A stretch of 32,000 nt of DNA from Candidatus Saccharimonadota bacterium (GCA_001761425.1 CP012986.1:120001-152000); one strand, 5' to 3'. Shown: positions 16,997-24,579, numbered from the stretch's first letter. Notes: a model not told the origin generated them from the letters alone. Program-made: numbers and translations.

Positions 16997-17098
16997 ATGA
17001 TAGAAGACGAATGCGTCGTCTGCGGTCACGAAATTGAAAAAGAAGGTATCGAGATAACAGAGGGCAGAGCCCACGAATTCTGCCTCGGAAACATCTAG
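16997..17098 (+). CDS. possible 33-aa TRASH/YHS-like zinc-binding micro-protein
   Basis: ORF MIEDECVVCGHEIEKEGIEITEGRAHEFCLGNI, read by me and below the track cutoff. It has C-x2-C ... H-x2-C spacing like TRASH domains. Divergently placed next to the lrp gene. Confidence 0.3.
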   Translation: MIEDECVVCGHEIEKEGIEITEGRAHEFCLGNI

Positions 17099-17157
17099 AA
17101 CCAGCTACATTTTTCCTCCACACAATTAAAGAGAAAGGCCTTCCAAAAACATACTTT

Positions 17158-17628
17158 ATGGAACTGGTAAAGGCCTCAGAGGGCGACGAAAAAGCTCTGG
17201 CCAAAATGTGGTTCAAGCTCGCAAAAGAAATGGAACAGTACCCGAAATTTAACCAGTTAACCCATAGCTCGCCTGAAGAAGCCGAAAAAAGCTTTAGAAA
17301 ACAGATCGAGGGAGAAGAAAAGATAAACTTCCTGATGAGAGACGAAGACCTTACCAAAGGGTTTCTAACCCTGAAACAGGGCGAGCATCCTTCGAGAAAA
17401 TACGAGAAATACACGCAGATCGTCAACCTCTTCGTAAAAGAAGGATACAGGAATGAAGGCCTTGGAACAGAAGCTATCGAACACGTCAGAGAATTCGCCG
17501 CGGAGAACGGCTCCGACCATTTGAAAGTAACTTCCGAGATCAAAAACACTGAAGCTATAGACTTCTACAGCAAAAACGGCTTTGAGAAGAAACAGGTCAA
17601 CATGGTCCAGAGCCTGGAAGACGAATAA
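17158..17628 (+). CDS. GNAT family N-acetyltransferase
   Basis: 156 aa. Motif A region VKEGYRNEGLGTEAIEHVREFAAENG, and a C-terminal NTEAIDFYSKNGFE typical of GNAT. Confidence 0.85.
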   Translation: MELVKASEGDEKALAKMWFKLAKEMEQYPKFNQLTHSSPEEAEKSFRKQIEGEEKINFLMRDEDLTKGFLTLKQGEHPSRKYEKYTQIVNLFVKEGYRNEGLGTEAIEHVREFAAENGSDHLKVTSEIKNTEAIDFYSKNGFEKKQVNMVQSLEDE

Positions 17629-17649
17629 AGGCCTTGAAAGCAAAAAATC

Positions 17650-17662
17650 AGCCCCGTCCGGG
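17650..17662. repeat. att site copy distal to the tRNA (displaced tRNA 3' fragment)
   Basis: agccccgtccggg is identical to 24567-24579. Located 22 nt after the GNAT stop codon. Confidence 0.75.
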
Positions 17663-17757
17663 CAAGCTCTTTTCTATGAACTTACTGGGTTAAATATGGG
17701 TATTAACAGTCTTCAACTCGGTTGTTATAAGTTCTTTGTTTAATTGAGTTATTAATC

Positions 17758-17901
17758 ATGGTTAAACTCCAAGAAGGATCTAATGGGCAGAAGTTCGTGA
17801 CAGTTCCAAAAGAATTGGCAAAGGCGATGGGGTGGGATAAGAGAGAGAATTTAGATTTTTCCGTTAAAAATGAAAACACTTTAGAGATTAAGAAAGACTA
17901 A
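17758..17901 (+). CDS. AbrB/SpoVT (MazE-like) domain small protein
   Basis: 47-aa ORF read by me: MVKLQEGSNGQKFVTVPKELAKAMGWDKRENLDFSVKNENTLEIKKD. It carries the FVTVPKELAKAMGW swapped-hairpin signature. It ends 7 nt before the next gene. Confidence 0.55.
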   Translation: MVKLQEGSNGQKFVTVPKELAKAMGWDKRENLDFSVKNENTLEIKKD

Positions 17902-17908
17902 TCCATTT

Positions 17909-19240
17909 ATGGACAAGGAGAAGTTGCAAGAGATAATAGAGACTGGTGAAGATCAGACAACTGAGTTTAAACGATCTCTTAGAGATGTGGCCGAGGTTGT
18001 AACTTCTTTCGCAAATGCGGAAGGAGGTAAACTAATTATTGGCTTGGAAGATAATGGTGAGAAAGTGCAAGCTCTGGATCAATGGGATTTGAATGATAAG
18101 AGGGCTAAAGTCCAAGACTCTATAAATTCAGTAGAGGGTATACTGGAAACGGACATAGAAGTTGTTGATGGCTTAATAGTCGTTGATGTTGAGTCAAATA
18201 AAGATTCTGTCAATAAAGCGCCTTCAGATTACTTTATAAGACAAGATACGATCGATAAGTCAATGGAGCATGATCAAATCCGTGCTTTGATGGAAGAAAG
18301 TGGTGATATTAGCTTTGAGCAAGTTAAATGTAGGAGGTTCCATTTTCCAGATGATATAGATCAGAAGGCAATAAATAAGTTCTTAGATCGCTCCGATATA
18401 TCTCAAGATAAAGTTGACATTGACTCAATGTTGATGTATTTGGGAGCCGCCCATAGAAAAAATAAGTCTATTGCAGTTAACAACGCCGGAGCCATATTAT
18501 TTGGGAGTCATCCTGAGCGGTTTGTTCCTAACTCAGGAATCCAATGTGTAGCTTATGAATCAGAGGGAGAAAGTATCGAGTGGGTTGATAAGGCGGAACT
18601 TAATTCTCCTGCAGTTCTAGCTGTTTTTGAGGCTATAGAGTTTATACACAAGAATACAAAGTCAAAGAAAAGAGTTAAGGATACAGCAAGGGAGACAGTA
18701 AATCAATATCCAACAGATGCTTTAAGAGAGGCTTTAGTTAACGCTGTTGTTCATAGAGATTACCATAATCAGAGAGAAAAGACCCAAGTAAAAGTATATC
18801 CAAATAGAGTTGAAATAAGGAATCCGGGCGGCTTAATAGGGAATATGTCAATAGATGATTTATGGACTGATGAATCTGTTCAAAGAAATCCTACTATAGC
18901 GAGCGTCATGCAGAGAATGGAGCTGGCTGAAGAGATGGGTACGGGAATTCAGAGAATTACTGAGGAAATGAAAAGTAAAAATTATCCTGAGCCCGATTTT
19001 AAAGATAATGGCAAGTTTGTAGTCAATCTAATAGGTAAGGAAATTCCTCAAGATTTAAACGAGAGACAAAAAGAGTTTTTGAGTAAGAGCAAATTTAGCG
19101 GGACATATACAAACTCTCAGTACCAGGATTTAATGGATGTTTCGAGAAATACTGCTTGGAGCGACCTTAAAGAGTTTACTGAGAGAGATATTATGGATAA
19201 AAAAGGGAAGAAAAGAGGAACAAAATATGAGTTTAAATAA
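17909..19240 (+). CDS. AlbA_2 (Schlafen-like) domain / HATPase_c_4 (RecG-C-like) / C-terminal wHTH protein
   Basis: 443 aa. N-terminal GEDQTTEFKRSL...VTSFANAEGGKLIIGLEDNG (AlbA_2 signature). Central LREALVNAVVHRDY...VKVYPNRVEIRNPGGL (HATPase_c_4 signature). C-terminal helical DNA-binding-like tail. Confidence 0.85.
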   Translation: MDKEKLQEIIETGEDQTTEFKRSLRDVAEVVTSFANAEGGKLIIGLEDNGEKVQALDQWDLNDKRAKVQDSINSVEGILETDIEVVDGLIVVDVESNKDSVNKAPSDYFIRQDTIDKSMEHDQIRALMEESGDISFEQVKCRRFHFPDDIDQKAINKFLDRSDISQDKVDIDSMLMYLGAAHRKNKSIAVNNAGAILFGSHPERFVPNSGIQCVAYESEGESIEWVDKAELNSPAVLAVFEAIEFIHKNTKSKKRVKDTARETVNQYPTDALREALVNAVVHRDYHNQREKTQVKVYPNRVEIRNPGGLIGNMSIDDLWTDESVQRNPTIASVMQRMELAEEMGTGIQRITEEMKSKNYPEPDFKDNGKFVVNLIGKEIPQDLNERQKEFLSKSKFSGTYTNSQYQDLMDVSRNTAWSDLKEFTERDIMDKKGKKRGTKYEFK

Positions 19241-19465
19241 CGTGAAATTATGTTAGGTGAGTTTGTGCAAAAATTTCCTCTAGATAGAGCCTAATGACCC
19301 TCTAATTAAGAGCAGGAAATTTATGTTAAGTGAAAGATGACATAAATTTCTCTTAGTTAACGCTTTTACTGCCGGTTTTCCGGGTTAATTCATATATAAG
19401 TCTTTCCCAAAACAAAATTAGTCTTATTAGATTCTAAAAGTTGCTGAGATCACGAGAATAGAATA

Positions 19466-19654
19466 TTAATTACTTTCCAATACCCACTTATCTTCTAGTT
19501 TTTCAATCACACCATCTTCCTCTAATTCCTCAAGCCTTTTCTCAGCAGTATTATAATGGCAGTTGACATATCTAGATACTCCATGAGTTGTCATAGGAAA
19601 CTTCTCAAGGCCTTCTACGATCTCTTCTTTTAGTTTAACCTTGCTTCTACCCAA
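19466..19654 (-). CDS. small winged-helix DNA-binding protein
   Basis: 62-aa ORF downstream of mcm on the same strand. MTTHGVSRYVNCHYNTAEKRLEELEEDGVIEK resembles an HTH followed by a wing. Confidence 0.5.
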   Translation of the reverse strand: MGRSKVKLKEEIVEGLEKFPMTTHGVSRYVNCHYNTAEKRLEELEEDGVIEKLEDKWVLESN

Positions 19655-19747
19655 GGGCTACCACCTGGGATAAGGCAAACTGATGTATCGTGAGGTTTTC
19701 TTGAGTCTTTCTTGAGTGTAAAGCTAGTCTGTTCTGAGTTAGTTGAT

Positions 19748-21775
19748 TCACGCTTTCACCTTCTGAGATCGTTGATCGGTATCTCCATCGTAGAGGCCTA
19801 GAGAGTTCCTACATCTCATGAACAGCTTTACTGCTCGTTCAGCATCCTCTTCGTTGGTTTTAGAGCTTAGCCGAGATTTGGCAAACATGGTTGTAAGAAG
19901 GCCTAATGCCATTAGATGCCTATTAGAATCTGTTTTAAAGGAGGAATTTCCTTTAGAATCGGCTATCTCTTTCTGGCCTCTAAGCCATTTCTTCAGCAAT
20001 TCAACAGATTCATCCGTGAGCTCTGGATCTTTGGATGCTGCAAGTTCCCGATACAGTACCAATTCCTCTTCATCAAAGTCTGTAGAGGCCTTTTCCTGAG
20101 AGGAATTGTTGAAGCTGTCGAAAATAGCATCCTGCACCTTTTCCTGATTGTCTGGACTTCTCATTGCATAAATCAGGTGGAAACGATCTAAGAGGGATTC
20201 GGCATGGTCAGGAATTGAGTCCTTTACGAATTCCATGTCGTCCACGTAATCCTCGAAATTTCCTGTAGCCACTACTGTAGCATTTCCTGGTAATTCGGCA
20301 TTGATAGAGGCCTTATCTATAGGAAATGTCTTACTAGTCATTGCCGTGTTCAGTCTACTGCTATCATTCTTGTTCATCTTATCGAACTCGTCCAGACAAA
20401 GAACACCTTCATCAGCATAGACCAACTTCCCTGCTCTAAGGCGGTAATTACCCTCCTCCTGTTCCACCGTAGCAGTAAGGGCAGGGCCTGTGGCATTACT
20501 ACCATCCGCTAGCTCGACATTCGAAAAAGTCTCCTTCACGAAGTTCTGAATGTCCGACTTTCCCGATCCAGGGTTAGAAAGCAGTAAACTATGAATCCTA
20601 CCGCTACCCCCTTGACCTCCAGTAGCCTTCCCACCTATGAGTGAAGCAGCAACCACCTTCTTAGCAAATTCCTGCTCCACGATACTAGGGGCTATACTAG
20701 TAGCAAAACTCTGGAAGGGGTTCTCCAGTGTATCTACCTTACCCATGAGTAGGCTAATTTCCTCTTTTTTGTAGTCCTCAAGTACCTTTTGAGAGTCCTG
20801 AGGCTTGAAAGATACTACCTTCAGTATAGGCTCTACCTTACTAGAATCCTTACCTATAGGTTGCCCATGAGCAACTCCTGTCACCCGTAACTCCTGACCG
20901 GGTTTGAAGGCCTCCTGTATATCCGAGGTAATAGAACTGCTCCTGAAATCGGCCTTGATGTACTCATTATGACCTTTCTCGTTGCTAATCCTGAAGCTGA
21001 CTAAATTGATCAAGTTCCTCGAAACCTCACCGAACTTCTTAGAACCGCATTCACACTTGTAAGGAGACTTCAACTTTGCCGAATCCTGCTCCTTCTCGTA
21101 TCTTTCTCCACACTGACTACATTCAAAGACGGCAGAAACCAGTTCTTGGTGGAAGTCAGAGGCTGACTCCACAGTTCCCTGAACTGTAATAAGCTTTTTC
21201 CTATATTCGTTGCTTCTGGCCTTGTAAAGCGGAATTTCCCAGTAGTCAACATCACAGTCTATAGTGTAATCAATACGACTCGAAACATCTAAAACCGTAT
21301 TAAAGGCCTTATCTACTGCATCAAGGAATTTCTCAGGATTATTCTCGAAATAATCTATCAGTTCAGGATTAAACTTGTCGAGCTCAGAAAGCTTCAGCTT
21401 GAAGGCAGTAGAATCAGCGATAGACTGTTTAATTTCCTCTTTTCTTTCATCAAGGAAATCGAGGAGTTGAAGCCTAATTTCCTCTAAATCCTCATTTTCA
21501 GCATCTATCTCTTCTCCTCCAATCAGGTATTCGGCCTTCCTCTTTCCTCTGGTATTAATTCTGTATTTCCCGTGTTCAGGCCTTTCCAGCAGGTTCTTAC
21601 TGCATAACTTGTTAATCAAGTTGTAGAAGGTACTTTCCTTCCCTTCATATTCCTCTTCTTCCTGATATTCCTCATAGATTTTACTGGTTGCGAAATCAGT
21701 GTCAGGATAGTTTTCCTTAATCCAGATCAAGATCTCATTTTGTCGATTCACATATATGCACCCCCCAGACCCCAT
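19748..21775 (-). CDS. mcm: MCM-family replicative helicase (mobile-element type) with N-terminal winged helix
   Basis: Zinc module CSQCGERYE...CECGSKKF. Walker A LLSNPGSGKSD, Walker B VLCLDEFDKM, arginine-finger region SLLDRFHLIY. ATG at 21775 is preferred because the track start (21847) lies inside the 62-bp tandem repeats. Confidence 0.9.
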   Translation of the reverse strand: MGSGGCIYVNRQNEILIWIKENYPDTDFATSKIYEEYQEEEEYEGKESTFYNLINKLCSKNLLERPEHGKYRINTRGKRKAEYLIGGEEIDAENEDLEEIRLQLLDFLDERKEEIKQSIADSTAFKLKLSELDKFNPELIDYFENNPEKFLDAVDKAFNTVLDVSSRIDYTIDCDVDYWEIPLYKARSNEYRKKLITVQGTVESASDFHQELVSAVFECSQCGERYEKEQDSAKLKSPYKCECGSKKFGEVSRNLINLVSFRISNEKGHNEYIKADFRSSSITSDIQEAFKPGQELRVTGVAHGQPIGKDSSKVEPILKVVSFKPQDSQKVLEDYKKEEISLLMGKVDTLENPFQSFATSIAPSIVEQEFAKKVVAASLIGGKATGGQGGSGRIHSLLLSNPGSGKSDIQNFVKETFSNVELADGSNATGPALTATVEQEEGNYRLRAGKLVYADEGVLCLDEFDKMNKNDSSRLNTAMTSKTFPIDKASINAELPGNATVVATGNFEDYVDDMEFVKDSIPDHAESLLDRFHLIYAMRSPDNQEKVQDAIFDSFNNSSQEKASTDFDEEELVLYRELAASKDPELTDESVELLKKWLRGQKEIADSKGNSSFKTDSNRHLMALGLLTTMFAKSRLSSKTNEEDAERAVKLFMRCRNSLGLYDGDTDQRSQKVKA

Positions 21776-21784
21776 AGTAAACCG

Positions 21785-21905
21785 TGTGAGGTATGTGACT
21801 TCAAACCGGATCTCACACAAGTAACACGGTGGAGCATGTGAGACCATGTGAGGTATGTGACTTGGTGTTCAAAGTCACACAAGTCACACGAAATTTGATG
21901 GGGGG
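21785..21905. repeat. two tandem 62-bp repeats (iteron-like) followed by an ORB-like site, upstream of mcm
   Basis: tgtgaggtatgtgactt occurs at 21785-21801 and 21847-21863. cacacaagtNacacg occurs at 21814-21828 and 21876-21890; both pairs are offset by 62 nt. cacacgaaat plus a G6 run lies at 21885-21905. Confidence 0.7.
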
Positions 21906-21929
21906 CAACCCCCATGTAAGAGAAAACAG

Positions 21930-22280
21930 TCATTTTTCCACTTCCCCATGTAAGAAGAGATCGGATTGAATTTTCGCAATCTCTCCTCTACTTGATTCAT
22001 CATCAGCTTGACCAAGAAGGCCTTCCAAGTCCTCATGAACCAGTTCTCTAGCAGGTTTGTAATTCTGAAGACCTATTCTCACTAGTCTTCTAATTGCCTC
22101 TGCTAAAGAGAACCCGTTATTATCAGCTATATCCTCTAGAGTCTCTATCGTTGACTTCTCAAACCTTGCTGTGGTCTGAAGCTTCTGACCTTTCTTGGTC
22201 TTAGACCGATTCGGTGATTTGTTAAGTTCATCTTTCCAACTATTAGTTGGAGTAACCCCAAGCTCCGTTTTTCCCTTCAT
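21930..22280 (-). CDS. ribbon-helix-helix (CopG/Arc-like) domain protein
   Basis: 116 aa. Basic N-terminal tail, then TTARFEKSTIETLEDIADNNGFSLAEAIRRLVRIGL (beta-strand plus two helices typical of RHH). An aggtga Shine-Dalgarno-like box lies about 10 nt upstream. Confidence 0.6.
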   Translation of the reverse strand: MKGKTELGVTPTNSWKDELNKSPNRSKTKKGQKLQTTARFEKSTIETLEDIADNNGFSLAEAIRRLVRIGLQNYKPARELVHEDLEGLLGQADDESSRGEIAKIQSDLFLHGEVEK

Positions 22281-22362
22281 TTTTCTCTGTCACCTGGCTT
22301 TGACGTTTTTCTGTTCAGAAACAACTTCTCTGACGATTTTATCTAGTTTAGAATCAAGATCT

Positions 22363-22509
22363 TCATTCACAGGAAGCCACCTCTTCAAGCTCGTCTACCT
22401 GCTCCAAAATCCCTCTTCTAGCGATTTCAGATTTTGAAAGTCCTGTAGTCTCAGCAACACTTTCAATCCTGTTGTTGAGATTGTCCGGCATCGATATTGT
22501 TAGACGCAT
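22363..22509 (-). CDS. ribbon-helix-helix (CopG family) small protein
   Basis: 48-aa ORF read by me: MRLTISMPDNLNNRIESVAETTGLSKSEIARRGILEQVDELEEVASCE. Classic CopG pattern. An aaggtg box lies about 9 nt upstream. Confidence 0.6.
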   Translation of the reverse strand: MRLTISMPDNLNNRIESVAETTGLSKSEIARRGILEQVDELEEVASCE

Positions 22510-22599
22510 AATATTACACCTTTCACATAGATGAATGGTAGTATATGAAATATTGTGCTAAGTCTTTTAAATATCTTTCATTAAATCCAGTACATCCAG

Positions 22600-23223
22600 A
22601 TGAAAGATACCGAAGTAGAATATGATGATATTTCGACAGAAATCTACGAGTCAAAGTTTGCGGCTAGAATTCTAAAGCATATCTACTCTAGTAATGCAAA
22701 ATACACTTCGGCAATAGCGGAGAATTTGGATTCAAATCCTCAATCAGTAAGTAATTATCTGAAGAAACTAAGAGAGCTAAACTTGATCAAGAAAGGAAAG
22801 AAAGAAGGTCGAGTTCAGCTTTATGAGCCAAATTTGGATGGTTTGCTTGACTATCTTAACAAGTTCGAGCTCTCGATTGAGGAAATTGCTGATAAGGTTC
22901 CTGAAGAGTTTCAGGATGAGGTAGAGGTTAAAGGGAGGGTTTTCATGAGGTCTTACATTTCTATATGTTTAGCTAAAAATCCGCATGAGATAGCAATGTG
23001 TGATTTATTTGTAGATAAGATCCATGATGGAATTCCAAAGATTGCAGAGACCGGCGGTGAAGATATACCTAAATGGTTATATTGGCTCTCTCTGGGTTAT
23101 GTGTTATATGAATATGAGGATTATGAGCTTGGCGAGATGAAAGAAAGAGCGCTGAATCTCGCTGAAGCCTCAGCTGAAGAAAAAGAAATTTTATCTGAGA
23201 TAAGGAAGCTAGTTTCGGAGTAA
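22600..23223 (+). CDS. ArsR-like winged-helix transcriptional regulator with C-terminal extension
   Basis: 207 aa. YTSAIAENLDSNPQSVSNYLKKLRELNLIKKGKKEGRVQLYEP is an HTH plus wing. Divergent from the RHH genes across a short promoter region. Confidence 0.7.
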   Translation: MKDTEVEYDDISTEIYESKFAARILKHIYSSNAKYTSAIAENLDSNPQSVSNYLKKLRELNLIKKGKKEGRVQLYEPNLDGLLDYLNKFELSIEEIADKVPEEFQDEVEVKGRVFMRSYISICLAKNPHEIAMCDLFVDKIHDGIPKIAETGGEDIPKWLYWLSLGYVLYEYEDYELGEMKERALNLAEASAEEKEILSEIRKLVSE

Positions 23224-24432
23224 ATCCTTTGCGGCCTCCCTTATTTCTTCATCTGATTTTCCTATGTCTTCTTCTATCATTTTTGTCTTAAGTTCATCTT
23301 TCATTTCCTCAATCTGAACTTCTGTGAAAAGATCGGAGGTCTTCAGTGTTGCATCACATTCTCTACAGTTTTCTGCCTCGAACTTGTTCAGTTCTTTACA
23401 TTCTTGGCATTTTACGGGGTTGAGGTCTTTTTCTGTTTCATCTTCTCTTTTCTCTATCCCTGAAATCTCTCTGATGCCTTGTTCTACATCGCTTTCGGCC
23501 ATTCTGATGTAAACTGCTACTTCTCCACTACCTTGAACCCATCCTCCAAACTCACATAGCTGAGCTTGATTCATACCTTGAGCAGCCAGATAAGTGGCTC
23601 TACCCTTCCTGAAAGCGTGAGGATTCGTTTTGATCCTATCAGGTATATTTGTTCTTTTTCTGGTCCTCTTCAAGACTTGATTAATTCCGCTGTAAGATAG
23701 CTGTTCGTCCTTCGTAGTGCTTCGGAAGATGAAAGCCTCCATGTTGTCGCTCTTATGATCGGATTCTTTCAGCTCTTTCAGGTATAGATAGCCTGCTCTT
23801 AGAGGAACAGTTCTACTTCCCCCTGTCTTAGTATCTCTAAATCTTACCTTAGCTATATCATTGGTAAACTTGACATCCTTCCATTTAAGGCCTAGAATTT
23901 CTCCTATTCTTCCTGCGGATGCCCATAAGGTCATTATAATTGCTTTATCTCTTAATCTAGTGGCGTGTTTTACCATCTCTTTGACTACATTAGGTGTGGG
24001 TAATCGGTCTGGATCGGTTCTTGAACTCTTTACAGTAGTCGTAAAAAAGTCGGTCAATTGTTTTCCATCTATATTTTCTTTTTTGCTACCTAGAAAATCC
24101 TTGAAAAACTTATTTACTGCTTTTTTATACTCTTTTTCAGTTCCCGGAGCCATTTCTTTCTCTTTGATCTTTCCTTGATTTAGTTTTCCTACCAATCCGA
24201 TCACATCGTCTTTTTCAGGGTTGTATAAATCGAAGTCAATGTGAGGTGCTAGTCTGTACCATGTGTAGAGGTATCTATTGGTTCTACTGTCTGAAAGGCC
24301 CTGAGATAAGAGGAAATTTTTGAAGTCAAGTAGAGTTTCTTTATTTTCATCTGAGATTTTATCTAGGTTTTTGATTCTTTCAACATTGCGTTTTATTCTC
24401 TGGCTGCGCTTGTAAATATCTCCGTCGGACAT
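23209..24432 (-). CDS. tyrosine recombinase / integrase with C-terminal zinc-ribbon extension
   Basis: 407 aa. Catalytic pattern ASAGRIGEILGLKWKDV (Arg), HAFRKGRATYL (His-x-x-Arg), GGW...VAVYIRM (Tyr). Followed by CQECKELNKFEAENCREC. Lies adjacent to the tRNA att site. Confidence 0.9.
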   Translation of the reverse strand: MSDGDIYKRSQRIKRNVERIKNLDKISDENKETLLDFKNFLLSQGLSDSRTNRYLYTWYRLAPHIDFDLYNPEKDDVIGLVGKLNQGKIKEKEMAPGTEKEYKKAVNKFFKDFLGSKKENIDGKQLTDFFTTTVKSSRTDPDRLPTPNVVKEMVKHATRLRDKAIIMTLWASAGRIGEILGLKWKDVKFTNDIAKVRFRDTKTGGSRTVPLRAGYLYLKELKESDHKSDNMEAFIFRSTTKDEQLSYSGINQVLKRTRKRTNIPDRIKTNPHAFRKGRATYLAAQGMNQAQLCEFGGWVQGSGEVAVYIRMAESDVEQGIREISGIEKREDETEKDLNPVKCQECKELNKFEAENCRECDATLKTSDLFTEVQIEEMKDELKTKMIEEDIGKSDEEIREAAKDLLRN

Positions 24433-24566
24433 ACATAGTCATCTCCACCCACATTTACTTTCGACCGAATTAATTCACAGAAAGGAAGTTGCCCTAGAGG
24501 GTAGTAGACCTGTGATCAAATTGTTAGGGCAATGATTATGCCCTAATTTTTTGATGAAAACCGTCT

Positions 24567-24579
24567 AGCCCCGTCCGGG
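24567..24579. repeat. att site copy within the tRNA-Thr 3' end
   Basis: agccccgtccggg corresponds to the discriminator base, the 3' acceptor strand and the 3' T-stem strand of the tRNA on the opposite strand. Confidence 0.75.

Larger units (their letters stand above)
17650..24579. mobile_element. integrated plasmid/provirus-like element (integrase + MCM) inserted in tRNA-Thr
   Basis: 13-bp direct repeat agccccgtccggg at both ends, the right copy being the 3' end of the tRNA. The tyrosine integrase gene lies next to the tRNA. The element also carries an MCM helicase and small RHH/wHTH genes, and large parts are visibly AT-richer and lack AGGCCT. Confidence 0.8.

Noticed and set aside
16935-17549. 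204-aa minus-strand ORF overlapping the lrp-GNAT intergenic region and the GNAT gene
   Set aside because: It overlaps a motif-supported GNAT gene on the other strand. Its composition is Ser/Phe/Cys-rich and not acidic, unlike real proteins here.
21776-21933. mcm start at 21847 and the 61-aa ORF 21748-21933
   Set aside because: Both would be encoded by the 62-bp tandem repeats and dyads, which look like regulatory or origin DNA rather than coding sequence. This call is uncertain, and the longer mcm start cannot be excluded.
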